From NCBI GenBank assembly GCA_903813345.2, contig CAIIXF020000001.1, forward strand, positions 23,994,001 through 24,058,000: a stretch of 64,000 nucleotides of DNA, in the 5' to 3' direction. This stretch comes from Owenia fusiformis (lineage: Eukaryota). This document shows positions 1-13,900 of this stretch, piece after piece; position 1 is the first letter of the stretch; each line of letters starts with the position of its first letter. The notes below the pieces were generated by a model. It had not been told where the DNA came from, ran no database searches, and saw nothing but the letters and a program-made list of their open reading frames with translations. The position numbers were made by a program, and so were the translations under genes.

Positions 1-691
1 CAAAGCCAATATGTATACTGACAGGCCCCTAACAATCTTAAGAGGGCAATAACTACCCCAATTTGTACCATCCACATTGATGTGTATAGGTCAGGGTCAT
101 TAACAACTTTGTTCGCAGGATTCATTTGTGCATAGAGAGAAGAAGTGCCCATTTTGAGCATGTTTTGTAAGGTACTGTAGTTTTTGACACAATCGACAGA
201 TTATCATGAAACTTTCACAACAAAATTCTCATTGAATGAATTAAATAATTCTTAAATTTCAAGGGAAAATATCCAAAATTGACTGAATAATTCAACTTTC
301 GTACGGTCCTGTTTTTTTTGAACACCCTGTAAATTACAGTATTGCAAATTTCATGAAGTAAAATGAGAAATACTCTATTCAGGAAAAAAACTGATAGTCA
401 CCTTAACTAAAATTTCATTTTAGGGATACATACAGTATCTGCTTCTATGGGATATTCTTTCTGTTGACATTTTTTGAAGAGACTAACCAACTATCCAAAC
501 ACTAACCAATCATTTATTAGAATGAATTTTGAAATTCGACTTTTCAATTTTAATTCTCTCCTTTTAAATATTTTTTTAAAGAAAAATTTGACATGTGCTA
601 CCTCAAACCCCTTTTAAAAATAGTTCATGGCTCTTATATACTAAATACAGGACATTCAATGAGCATGTAACTGTAAGATTAATTATCTTAC

Positions 692-753
692 TCAGATTCA
701 TCATCAGCATCATCAAACTGTCCTTCAACTGGTAGATTTGTGGAAACCTCCAT
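692..753 (-). CDS. RIOK1: First coding exon of a probable RIO1-family Ser/Thr kinase; gene continues off the left end of the window
   Basis: Minus-strand exon 808-692 has acceptor ttttcag and donor gtaaga. ATG at 753 gives MEVSTNLPVEGQFDDADDES, matching the GQFDDAD N-terminal motif I recall for RIOK1 orthologues. Upstream non-coding exon ends at donor gtaagt (exon end 2498). A possible in-frame next exon lies at ~436-484 (DLFKKCQQKEYPIEADT). No kinase domain is visible in the window. Confidence 0.55.
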
Positions 754-2219
754 TTTCCTGATCCCAATCACTGACTGCACTACTATTTTGTTGTTCAATA
801 TTCTAAGCCTGAAAATAATATTATCTTGATTAAATCCTATCTTCTTGTTTTCAGTCTAATGACGTACTATGTGATTTGGGGCGAGAAATACCTGGGAGGG
901 ACGTCCAGTTTGTGTTCTATAGCATTTTTCAAAATGTCTGCTAAATAATCAGTAAGTACCGACATTGACCAACGATAATACAGACACCCCTTTTCACTTC
1001 AGTTCTGAGCACTAAACCCCTCTACTTAAAATTACACAACTGCCGCTGGATTCTGCATTTGTAGGCCTAGATAGTTATAGGGTATAATGTGCAGTAAATC
1101 TGTGGCCTTTGGTAATTTAGGGAGTTTCAGCATGTTAATTTTGGAGGACTAAAACACCATACTGTATGACACAAAAACATCAACATAGAGCTTAGAGGTC
1201 ACACTGTTGATTTACCTGATTACGAACATAGGCCCAGGGAAGAGTATTGGCAAGTTGAATCTAAAAAACAGGTTGATAACCCTGAATGAGACCACTTTTT
1301 CAAATGGCAATTTCAACAATATTTATTTATTATTTTCGAAAAAACAATGGGGAGATGATAGAAAATTGATAATTTTCAATTCTTACCTATGAATTTTCAA
1401 ATATTTACGGTATATTTTACGCCCGTTCTTATAGAAAAAATCGAATTATAATAAAATATTTTACGGTAGATTTTGGTAAAGTTACAGCAGATTTTTTACG
1501 GTCGTTTTTACAGTAAAAAACGGTAATTTTTTATGGTATTCAAAATATTTCGAGACATACAAATTTTTTTCAACTTTGATATCGTCTAGAACACTTCGAG
1601 ACAACAAAAATATCAAAAATTGTTGGATGGTTTATCACTTAAATTTTTTGCAAGCCTTGGTCAAAGAAAAACTGCGAAAAAAGCACTCATTTTCACTTTA
1701 GAATCACCTATTATCGCCCAAATGGCTATATGTTGTCAAGGTCGCCATGTTAAAAGTAAAATTACGGAGCTAGATCTGCTCTTCAGACAATGTTTGATAG
1801 CTTTCCTTTACCATGGAACAAAGATCTTTGCACTGGCAACACTGGTATGCCCATTTCCATGAGATAATGCACGTGAAAGAGGAACAGTGTCTTTAAATGT
1901 CATCAAAACTTTTTCGCACTACTTTTGGTGTAATAATACCATCTGATTGATTGTTGGTGTAAACAGTGAGTCGGGATTCTCGGGATTTGGGCTTTAGGAT
2001 ACGATTTTACACTGAACGAGATGTAGCGACGCAGTTGTGAAACAAAAATGGCAAACAGCTTGTGAACTTCTAGTATTTTATCTATAAAGGTAGAGTATAC
2101 CATTGATAGTGCTGACTTTGAGGTCAGGTACATATGTTTTTATTTTTTCATATAATGCTGCAATGTGGTCCTTCAATTGCTGATTACAGAGACATATAAG
2201 TATAATGTCTGCTGACAAG

Positions 2220-2367
2220 CACAGGAACCTGTATCAACACCTGATTGATCTCCAAACCTGAAATGATGAGCTTCTATTCTTTATAAGGTCTATATAGTCT
2301 AGTCTAGGGTATCATTCTTCCAGGTTGGGCCACCAATGGATGTCAGGTGTTGATACAAGTTCCTGTG
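2220..2367. mobile_element. Small hairpin/MITE-like element with 25-bp inverted ends
   Basis: cacaggaacctgtatcaacacctga (2220) versus tcaggtgttgatacaagttcctgtg (ends 2367), one mismatch. Weaker internal complementarity; no clear TSD. Confidence 0.5.
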
Positions 2368-2599
2368 ATTACCACAACTAAAATATTTTTATTTTCATTT
2401 TATTCTGATTGACTCACTGACTGTGCACCGTCCACAAAACCACAATCTTCTTGTCAAACAAACAAAATAAATCCACTTAGATCAATCTTTAACTTACCCT
2501 CGATGAAGGAGACGCAATATATGAACACGTTCTGCTCGTCGAGTACTTCTTTAGGCTAGAAAATGTTGATAAACAACTCGAAATTTCACAACTTTACGA

Positions 2600-2780
2600 A
2601 ACATGCTAACCGGATGTAAACTCTGAACAAATGCGCAGGTTATTTTGCGCACAATGACATCACTTCCGTTATTGAAAATTTCTCACTTGAAAATAAAAGC
2701 GATCTTTGCCAGGGGTTTTCGGTGGTAATGGAATTATTGGACAAGTTAGGAATACTTTAGCGATACGTATCATAAGGTAA
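2600..2780. promoter_or_regulatory. Putative bidirectional promoter between the RIOK1-like and alpha2delta/CACHD1-like genes
   Basis: Locally CpG-richer stretch with ETS-type cores (ccggatgt ~2610, cacttccg ~2661) and tgacatca (~2654). Flanked by outward-facing donor sites (minus-strand gtaagt at 2497; plus-strand gtaatc at 2777). Confidence 0.5.
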
Positions 2781-4925
2781 TCGATTGTATTCATATGCAT
2801 TCCATCAAGGAGAAATTATACACACAAATTTAACATAAATAACAAGTGATCTTTAGATTAGACTAATCTAGTGAATGTCAGGAGATCAGAATGTTCTGTC
2901 TGATGTTTATGTTTATAATCCTGGTCGGGAATAGTATTGTAACATATATTTTTCTCCCGAGGCTGTCTCTGTATACACTCATTGCATCAGGTTCTCAGCC
3001 GCCTTTGCATTTGTTCGTTCTCACTTGTGCTTTTATGCATTTGCTTTTTTAGGTGCATTCACGCACGCTCTGGGTCTCTGAGGATCGTGTTGGACTCTAA
3101 TGCAAGTCCATACGACAATCCAACGCATTAGAGGCGGTGTTCACCATCTATTGCTTTTTATGAACAGAATTACTGTTTGTAAACATACCTTCATGTACAT
3201 GTATCATGTTGTCGAATGTGAGTTCACCTCCTTTGTGTTCCATTTAATGGCAGTGGCATAGCCTAATAGCAAAACTGAAAAAGTGATGAGTCAAAAAATA
3301 CAAGAAAGACAATTAGGGAGGGGTAAATTGTTCAATGAAGTATGAGGATTTCCCATGTTAAAAATTTGAGGATTTTCATGAGGTCATACATCACTGGATG
3401 AGTTTAAACAAAATGTAAAATAAACAAATTTAAGGGGATAGAGTCACTATTCATAAACTATGGACTTTTAAACCACCATTGTTTGTAAATGGTGATAGAA
3501 AATCGACTATTGATTTATTTATGGCCCAAATCGTATGTAGTGAATTTACAACTTCATTGATTAAGGATCATTTCTCAAAGGATTCAGGCAAGTGACTTTT
3601 CTGCCTCATCCTGGCTACGCAACTGCATGATACTGGATTTGTTTACATTACTATTGAGGATTTGTTTACATTACTACTGAATATAATTATACTGATCATT
3701 TCAGTAAAAATGGTGACCTTCCTCTTTCGGACATGGAGATGTAACATTTTATAGCTATAGTTGCACCCAGTCTCTTAGGAATTGCTCTTTTGTACAGAAA
3801 ACAATTATCAAACTGTAGATACAGTGGTTAGAAAGCCTTACAGCAAAGTAACCTCCATTGTTTACATTCGCTCAAACATAAAAATAGAAAAGTTGCCATA
3901 ACTTTGTAAAACTTCAATTATTGGAACCTGTCAGCTACAAGTATTTTGGTTGTAAACTAACTGACCAGGTCAAAACCAAATTGGTCATCTGTCAATATCT
4001 CATTTTCGTTTAAGTATTTGACAGTTTTCTAGATCATCCTAATATTATAATAGATGTTAAACTGATATGCCTGTAGAGTTGCTTTGCTTTATCCTTCTGT
4101 TTGTGGTATTTTTCTTGTTTTCTCACTTCCTTATTTATATATGGGTGTAATGGTTAGCCACATGTAATGACTCTTGATATTTTAATTTTAAATATTATGC
4201 AAATATTTAATTATATTGATGTGAATACCTGTGCATCTTTCACAAGTTCCGAAGGGCTAGTGGAATATCATCTTGTGAGAGTGTCACAGTTATTCACCGA
4301 AAATAGAATTAAATATTTGTTTTATTATTCACTGTTATATTCCTCACTCTCATTAATGGAATATTAATATTAATGCTTAATTGATAATAACAATGTACTC
4401 CCGGGAATATATAAGATAAAAAATATACTGGGCAAAGTCGTGGCTGGTGAATATCATTTGATATTCAATGGAAGTCATGTGGCCTCCCTTGAGTATCGCT
4501 TGTTATTTTTTAGTCATGTGAAGGACATGGACGAATCAGAGAATGTGGAATATGACAGTGATACAATAATTTGTTATACATGTATTCTCAATTTTAAATT
4601 GATACTTAATTACCTTGGTGTAAAAAGATGAGTACCAGAGAACCTTAAAAACTATAAGGACAGTAAAAACTGAAATGACGGGTACTTCATGTATATGCAT
4701 TCATGTTGATTGTAAAATGAAATGACTGTCTCACCTGTTCACTTTCCAGCCTAGGAGAATCAACCAGTCTTAGTCATCCCGATTGATTTCTCCTAATCTA
4801 TGCATTCTAATTTAGACATGGCTGGTAATTTAACTCAGAACAATCCTAGATGGCACTTTGCTTTGAGTTGATAAAAGTAATTGATATCAGCCTTCATTGA
4901 TATTTACCTGGTCATCTTTTATAGA

Positions 4926-7900
4926 ATGGAGCTGTCAATCTGTACTTTCTTCCTCTGTGCTGTATGTTACCATGGTTACGTGCAAGGCTACCACCAGGAG
5001 ACCCCTAGAGATGAAGGTTCACTAGCAGGAGATGTGCAGAACTGGGCAGTTCTCATACAAAACTATATATTACAGGTGAGTTGTGGGTTAATTGCTGAAT
5101 ATCAACTTAAATTTATTATTTTCTTGTATAAGTTATGAATTTGCACATTATAGTTTTATAAATAACTCAATCACAGCTGTTTTGTTTGGAATCATATTAA
5201 AGACACAAAAATGTGGATACAATTTTGTCCCACCTTCCAACTTTAAATTGAAATTCATAGGGCTTTTAGCAAACCCTTTTAAAGGAAGAACTAAGGTACA
5301 TACTATGACTGTGATTATTTTTTACATGTAGCTTGCTAGTGATGGTATCAAGAGAGAGGTGACTCAGAGCCTATTTGATCTGGCTAATTATACATATGAA
5401 GAGAAGAGTGGAAAAGAGGTGGTTGAAGTTGTCCAGGAGAGACTTGGCAATTACTTCACAGACAAGAAACTTGCAGCTAATGTATGTCTAATGTAATATT
5501 TACTCGCTTTTGTTTAAAATTTTGATAAGATTAAAATTAAAGATGAATATGTTAAAAGTCAATTTATTTGATTCAAAAATTTGAATACTTTTAAATGAAA
5601 TTACATTAAATAGTCTTTGAAAAATTTTAAATCTATGAAAACTATCATAAAAGTAGTTGGGAGCTACATTTTCAGATAACACATAGATGTATTTCTTGAG
5701 AAAAGGTCGCTATTCCCAAACGTTGTTATATTATATAAAACAGTATTGTGTATTTGTTATATTATACTGCTTGATCTTTTGTCAATTAAAAACTTTGATT
5801 TTGCATTGTTCAGAGGATTGCTGAAGCTGCAGTAACAGCCTATGATACCTGGTACAGAGAGAACAAGAACAGAACAAGAACTAGTGCACCAAGGTTACAG
5901 AATCTAACACTGGCTGTATACAGCGATTCAGACATTCCCACAAGGCTACCAAAGGACCTCAAATTCAACCCGTAACTACAAACTTTGTTCTCATGTTGTT
6001 AAAACATTTTCATTTATTTCTTGGGGTTTGCTTGATAGTTCACAATAACTCAAATGAAATCTCCATTTGATCAATATGTCTACATAAACTTTTGCATTTT
6101 TTCCTGTTTTCACATTTCTATACTTTGGAATAGTTCTCGATAGATAAAATCTAAGCCTAAATCAAAGACTAAGAACAAATATATACAAATATTTCTTGCC
6201 TTGGCTAATTCTGTTCGCCCCAATAAACAGAAATTAACAATACTAAAAGATATTCATAATATAACATTGATTGCAGGTACTTCCGCCAGCCAGTGAGCCT
6301 CTCCAGGAGCACAGTGAAGATAGCAGATGATGTTCCCAGGGACTTTGAGGGGACAATAAGTGCTGTTGAGTACACATATGCTCTTGAAAAGGTCTTCAAG
6401 GAAAATGCTGCACGGGATCCACTGCTGAGGTAAATATGTGTTGGTGTTGCAAACATGAATATATATCATAGATTATAACTGGATATGATACTCCGACAAA
6501 ACAAATCTGTATTCCGGCATCTGGGAGCTGAACCCAGTTTGCAATCTCAATATGCTAATACATTCAGCATACACCATATATTACTCACCTTTTATTTCCT
6601 AAAAGTCATAATATCAAAGAAAATTGAAATCTCAGAATTTATAAACGATTTTTAAAACCACAAATTTTCAGATGCAGTTTATATGTAGATTTCAAATATG
6701 ATATCATTTTAACTAAATTTGGAATATTAAATGATGAAAATCAAGATAATTGTTTGCTTACTATTTGAATTGTACCACTAGCTTTTTTTTGTACTATACT
6801 TATTCTTATGCAGATGGCAGTACTTTGGTTCAACAGCAGGTATAGCTCGTCTCTACCCTGGCAGGGAGTGGGCTATCAACTTTGCAGGATTCTACAATGA
6901 TTATGACCCTCGCACCCGACCATGGTACATTGCAGCCACCAGTGGTCCCAAAGATGTAGTCATTGTTCTGGACTGCAGGTATTGCATCCTGGCCCCTAAT
7001 CTTTATTGTCATATTTTATTTCACTTAGTACATACGGTTTAATTTGTTATGTTCATGTGCACGACTAGATAATCCAACAGATATCTCAGAATTATCTTCA
7101 TATTTATAAGTATGATATTTAAACTTTCTCATGTTCACTTATAACCCCCTAGCCTTGATGAGAGAAACAAATAAAAGTTCTAACATGTTGACCCTTTGAA
7201 ATGCCTATGGACTTGGAGACTGGATTTTATCTATCCCACATCATTTGAGACTGAATGCTCTATCTTGTATGAGTACTTGTATCTACAACCATTTTTGAGG
7301 TTATGAAAATTGGTTATCAATTTCTAATTTTTCTTTTTCTTTATATCTTGTAGCATATTCCTTGAGGATTGTTACAATAATCATATTATTTATGTTTTAG
7401 TAAATCCATGGCTGGTGATAAGTTCAAGATAGCACAAGGTGTTGCCAAGACAGTCATCAACACATTAACAAAGCAGGATTATGTCAATGTGGTGTGTGCA
7501 AGGGCAAGTCATTGGGATGAGGTGGGCAAGTAAGTCAATAACACATTAACAAAGCAGGATTATGTCAATGTGGTGTGTGCAAGGGCAAGTCATTGGGATG
7601 AGGTGGGCAAGTAAGTCATCAACACATTAACAAAGCAGGATTATGTCAATGTGGTGTGTGCAAGGGCAAGTCATTGGGATGAGGTGGGCAAGTAAGTCAT
7701 CAACACATTAACAAAGCAGGATTATGTCAATGTGGTGTGTGCAAGGGCAAGTCATTGGGATGAGGTGGGCAAGTAAGTCATCAACACATTAACAAAACAG
7801 GATTATGTCAATGTGGTGTGTGCAAGGGCAAGTCATTGGGATGAGGTGGGCAAGTAAGTCATCAACACATTAACAAAGCAGGATTATGTCAATGTGGTGT

Positions 7901-10900
7901 GTGCAAGAGCAAGTCATTGGGATGAGGTGGGCAAGTAAGTCATCAACACATTAACAAAGCAGGATTATGTCAGTGTGGTGTGTGCAAGGGCAAGTCATTG
8001 GGATAAGGTGGGCAAGTAAGTCATTAACACATTAACAAAGCAGGATTATGTCACCGTGGTGTGTGCAAGGGCAAGTCATTGGGATGAGGTGGGCAAGTAA
8101 GTCTGAAATGTATGAACTCGATTTTGTCTCAGTAAATGCTAATTGTTTTATTGAATAGATTATTTGATTAAGTTAAATGAATTTTTTCGGTGATATATCT
8201 TGTTTTTCTTGTAGGTGGCATTTGTTTACAACAGAAGTTCTAAGTTGTCAGCAGGAGCACATGGTTCCAGCAACAGTTGCACATAGGAAAGATCTCATTG
8301 AGAAAATATACAAACTCAAACCTGGAGGGACAAGTGAATTAGAGTAAGTAATATGAATGGGAATTGATAATGACTGCAGTTTGATAAGATGTTACATACT
8401 ACATGTATAAAGTTACATAGTAGCATTAATCATGTAGAGTGTACATGTACATGTATAATTAATTTCAGAATGGAAGTTTCATTTTTAAAAATATTATGTT
8501 CAGTTAGTTTGAGTCACAATATAACCACAAAATACTCATTGTATATCTGTTTTATAACGTTTCTAATGTTGTTATTATATAATGTTTTTAGGAAGGGATT
8601 TGAGATGGCTTTTGACCTTCTACAGAGTACCCCAAGAACAGGCTGTCAGTCTATCATGGTCTTCGCTACTGATGGCAAGGACACTGATGGTGAACAGGTC
8701 CGCTGTGGACCAGGTATACAAATTTAAAACTCAGTTACAGAAGTTAAAACTTATGTTAAGGAATTTATCCGAATTTATCCAAGTTAAATGATTATGCATT
8801 TTATATTTTATATTTTAATTCATTCAAGAGAATAAATAATCTTCATGTCACCACCACAAATGGGCACTTCGCATCTAGTATAAAAAATTTCAATTTCATG
8901 TGGTGACATTTTGCATGTTAATGGGTTGTTTATATGTTGCTTTAACCTGATATTGTTGATATCACAGGGTGAAAATGATTTGGGATGTTACATACTTGCA
9001 ATTTCTTTATACCTTGATTCAAATGTTTTCATACTTGTTCCAGGTTACTACACCAGGTCAGGTTATGTACCAGGACCTATTTGTAAATACAATTGGACCA
9101 AAGTTTGGGATGTCTCAGACACCATGAATGAAAAAACTGATCCAAAGGTGACACATTAACTCTCGCTTTATACATGTACTGTCTCATTTAGAACTTCATT
9201 TATTGCTATACACTTGCTTCATTGTTTATAACTTTTTAGATTCTTTTCATCATGCTGTGTTCTATCCTTTTGAAACATTTTAATTGTGTCAATATCTGTA
9301 CATCCACTTAGAAAAGCAAATGCGAGACATCTCTATTGAGCCTAATTAAAAACCTACAAGCTACAGTGTGGTCTCCATGTCATGAAATGTTGATGTTGTT
9401 TTAGGCCAGGATATTCAGCTACCTCACTGTAGAAGATGGTGAACTATTCCCAGGTAAACTAGCATGTAAACACAGAGGGAGCATGGTGAAGTTAACCTCT
9501 GGTGAAAACCTCATATCCAAGATGGCCGACTACTTTCACTTCCTGGCTAAAAATTCCAAGAACAGCCTTGCGTTGTGGACATCCCCATATATTGACGCAT
9601 TTGGATTGGGCCTCATGGTCACTCATGCTGTACCTGCTATAAGTAAAGAAACTGGCCAGTAAGTATTAGGCTAGGTTAAATATTTGAATGTTTAGCATCC
9701 TCTCATATTTAAATTAGGCCCATGTGATATTATGAAAATTAAACTTTAATTAGATTTTGAGAATATATCTCTTAACAACTAAATGGTGGGCCAAAAAATG
9801 CAACCATTTAATTCTGGAAACACATTTTCTTTCTAGGTATGTTATGTCATATATACCCTATGTAACAAGTATGTGTTTGTTTACAGAACCATTGGTGTGG
9901 CTGGTATCGATGCAACACTGGATGAGATGGAGTTGTTCCTGACACGTCACCAATGGGGTTCTGTCTATTCATTCCTCATTAACAAAGAGGGCGAAACCAT
10001 ATTTCACCCTTTCATCAAGCCTAGTACAAAAGTAGGTTGAACTCCCTTCTTTGTCTTGTATTAGAACTCATTGCCTGCTATGTTTTCAATACCATGTGTA
10101 TAGAGGACATTCATGAGTCAACATCACTAAGAATGGTCATTTTTGGGAGTATACTAGACAGCAGACTAATGAGAGATAAAGGGTTGAAACAAATATTAGA
10201 AGTGTATCAGGTCATCACTACATTCATTTCATTCATAATGAGAAAAGTCTAATATTTCTATTAGATGTCACTATCAATACATACCATTAGCACATCTGTG
10301 AAATAATCAGACTTCTCGTTAGTAACTTTAAATAATTGATGATTTAAAATAATCAATGATAATAAGAATGAATCTAAGGGGTGCTGGAATGTTAAGCCTA
10401 TCAACCATCTCATTAATAATTAAAATCCAATTATGGAACTAACCCCATGTTGATAGTTCAACATGCAATCAACTGTCCGATATTTGTGCTTATCATTTAT
10501 TAATATTGTGTGCAGTTATATACCTTGTTGGCTTGAACAGGAAAAAATTAAACCATGACACACTTTGCTTGCTTAAAGAGTTACTAAACCAAATTTCTTC
10601 GGTGTCTGGTGGCATCTGTATAATGGTGTACATCTTTAACAAATATGGCAGATGGTGACATTTTGCATGTACATACCTTGTTTTCAGTTGACATCATTTT
10701 ACAATGTCTTAATAATAATCGAACTAGCAGTCTTTATTTTTGTGACATTAGATTTTGTGTCTATTGCATTAAGTTTGATTTAGCAAACCTAATTATTGCA
10801 ATGATGAAAGAGAGTTGCCCAAAAGATTGAAAAGAACATTTATAAGTAGGAAAGTTTTGTCCAAGTATGCATGCTATATGTACAACACCACCACTTGTAT

Positions 10901-13900
10901 ATTGGTGTTATAATGAGTCTTGACTTTATTTCAGCTTCTAGATGATCCTATATTCATCCCCATACAACAGTTAGAGCAAGACAAGAAAGGTAGTCCACCA
11001 GAATTCTCCACAGTGTTAAGAGAAATGAAAGCTGGAAAAACTGGGTCACTTCGCATAGAGAAAGCCAGGAGAGGCACTCCAAAGGTGTATATTTGAATTT
11101 TACATGTGACTTTTGGAAATTAAAGTTATCTGTGCTACATGTACTTGGTAAAAACATGTTATTATCCCATCAAATAAAGTTTGGAGATAATTTGAGATGT
11201 ATCCATTCATCAACCCATCCATCCATCCATCCATCCATCCATCCATCCATCCATCTGTTGTTACATCTGTCTGTCCTAATCCATTTGTTTATTGTATTCA
11301 GCTTTCCTTACATCTGTCTGTCCAAAGTATTTGTATCAATTTTGTATGATGTTCTGTATATTCCAGGGAGATGCTAGGGCTGGGATTAAGTATGATATAA
11401 TGCCAGGAACATACTACTATGCTGCTATGAATGACTCTGAGTATGCATTTGCTTTCAACCTGGCTGACACTGATAAGGTACATCTACTTTGTTCACCTCC
11501 CCTCAAAGTGAAGCTTCACTGTTGATTTGTATGTCTTAGTGCAGAAGATTAAAGAGTAATACTTAATAGGGGAAGAAGATGATATAGTGGGCTGTATAGC
11601 AAGGTTGGTCGGGGTCGGGAGCTGGGGATAATTTTATTGCTTAAATATAACCATGTCATCATCCTACATTAGAATCCACTCAGTCTAACATCAATTTCTG
11701 GTGCGAAAGTTGTCATTTTTGAGTTTTACCCCCCTTGAAGACAAATTCTTGGGGGTACTATGACAAATGCTTATAACTAAAGAAGTATTTATGTGATCAT
11801 CTTCATTTTTGGCATGGGTAATTAACAGGTATGTAAAAGTAAAATTTGAAAAATTCGTACAAATTGGGTTATTAATCCATCCTAAAGATAATAATTCAGG
11901 TATTTTCAAGGGTCAATTTCAACATTTTCTGAATGTCGACATGAACTAAAAATAACAATTTGACCCAAATGACATATTTATTGAATGTTTTTAGGCTTTA
12001 GAAAATAATTTGACTATATAAGCTAAAATAATAACATAAGAATTGTACCATATTGATAATTCTTCATCGCCGTCCAGGCACAAATAAACCCCACCCCTCC
12101 CCATTTTCGATTATAAAGGTCTATACATGAAACTTCCTTAAATAGCTATATTTCAGAAACTATTACAGCCTACATTGCAAAATTATTTCTCATGGTGATT
12201 ATTCACATCATACTCTGCATAATAGACATATAATTGAGATTTATCCATTCTATAGCTAATAATTAAGGTATTTTCAAGGTTCAATTTCATCATTTTCGGA
12301 ATGTCGCCATGAAGTAAAAATTACATGACCTAATGACATTTATTAAATCTTTTTAGGCTTTAGAAAATAATTTGACTTTATAAGCTAAGATAATAACATA
12401 AGAATTGTACGATATTGATAATTCTTCATCGCCATCCAGGGATAAATAATTTGCGAAAATAAAGGTTTTTACCTGAAACTTATTCAAATAGCTATACTTC
12501 AGAAACTATGACAGCCTCCATTCCAAAATTTCTCTTGTTGATTATACACATCATACTCTGCAAATTATGCATATAATTGAAGTCTTAACACTTTTTGAGG
12601 GTGTAGCTAATAATAATACTATATTTATTAGACATCTTAGAAATCAAAATATATGTTTTAGAAGGTTGTCACAACACTACAAGAGAGATATTTTGGAGAT
12701 AAATTGGCGTGTTCAGAATTTAAGAGAAGGCGTAGAGGTAAAATGCAGCCACTGCTAGTGAATGGTCCCAAAACTATAGTCCCAAAAAATTGGAAGGACT
12801 TCCTTTCAAATAGCAAAAGCAAAATTCAGCTTGTCCAACTTATCCTCGCAGAATGGAAAAAGGACAAATATGAAAAAAATTCAGAACACGCCAATTTACT
12901 TTGTCTGTCAGGAGAAGTGCATCTTACTCAGAAGTGATGGGTCACATGTTGTTAGTGAGGAAGTCCTAGACCTAAGGTGTAACCATGATGAACCTGACAC
13001 AAAATCATTCTCCATGCTTTATATGCATCAATAAAGGTGGGGGCTGAGGCCCAGACCATACTTGTCAGATCTCCAGACACAGATGTTCTCATACTCCTGC
13101 TTATTTACAGCAAACACCTACTTCTCAAAGTACTGTTTGACACTGGAGTTTCAAACAAGAGGCGCCTCATTGATGTGAAGACAGTTGCAGCAGGTTTGGG
13201 TGATCCAATCACAGCCACCCTGATCAGTATCCACTGTTTTACAGGGTGTGATACCACCAGTGCCTTCATGAGAAAGGGAGAAATAGACCCTCTGAAACAG
13301 CTGATCAAGAGGGAGGACATGCATGCAATCTTTCAAGAACTTGGAAAATCTATAGTTCTTGACCAAAGGCATCTTCAAAAACTTGAAAGATTTGTGTGCA
13401 TCATGTATGGGGAAAAGAAAAAAACAGACATCAATCATGTACGATACATAAATTTTGCCAACAGATTTCAACCTCAAGCCTCTATCAACAACTATGATGG
13501 GATAGACATCAGTCTCCTTCCTCCATGCAGGTCAACCCTTGTTCAATATTGTAAAATATGCAACTACCAAGGGTACATATGAAAGCAGTCTCACAAAGCT
13601 CAAATGGATATACACTCTCCAGCAGATGGATCCTAGAAGATGGCGAACTTGATATACAATGAGCTGAAAATCCAAATGCCATTCTTCTACAAGAGTTGGT
13701 AGACATTTATAACGAAGAATCAGATGACGAAATTGATGATGATATGACAGATAATGAAGTCAACAATTTCATAGATGAAATCTTTTCAGGTGATGTTGAT
13801 AACTAACAATGTTCAACTGCTTGAAGCAAATGTTGAAGTGAATACTCAATCAAATTGTATTGGTGAAGTTATTCAAAAACATATTGGTGGAACATATTAA

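Noticed and set aside
170-332. Possible Tc1-type MITE end (ttttgaacaccctg-ta)
   Set aside because: No matching left TIR found in the window, so it cannot be delimited.
6505-6580. Faint tRNA-like sequence on the minus strand (gggttcagctccc)
   Set aside because: No convincing cloverleaf or A/B boxes; at most a decayed SINE head.
7453-8100. Regular repeat arrays (also 23968-24252 and 25474-25885) as CRISPR-like
   Set aside because: Units are contiguous with no unique spacers, there are no cas genes, and the context is a eukaryotic intron or UTR.
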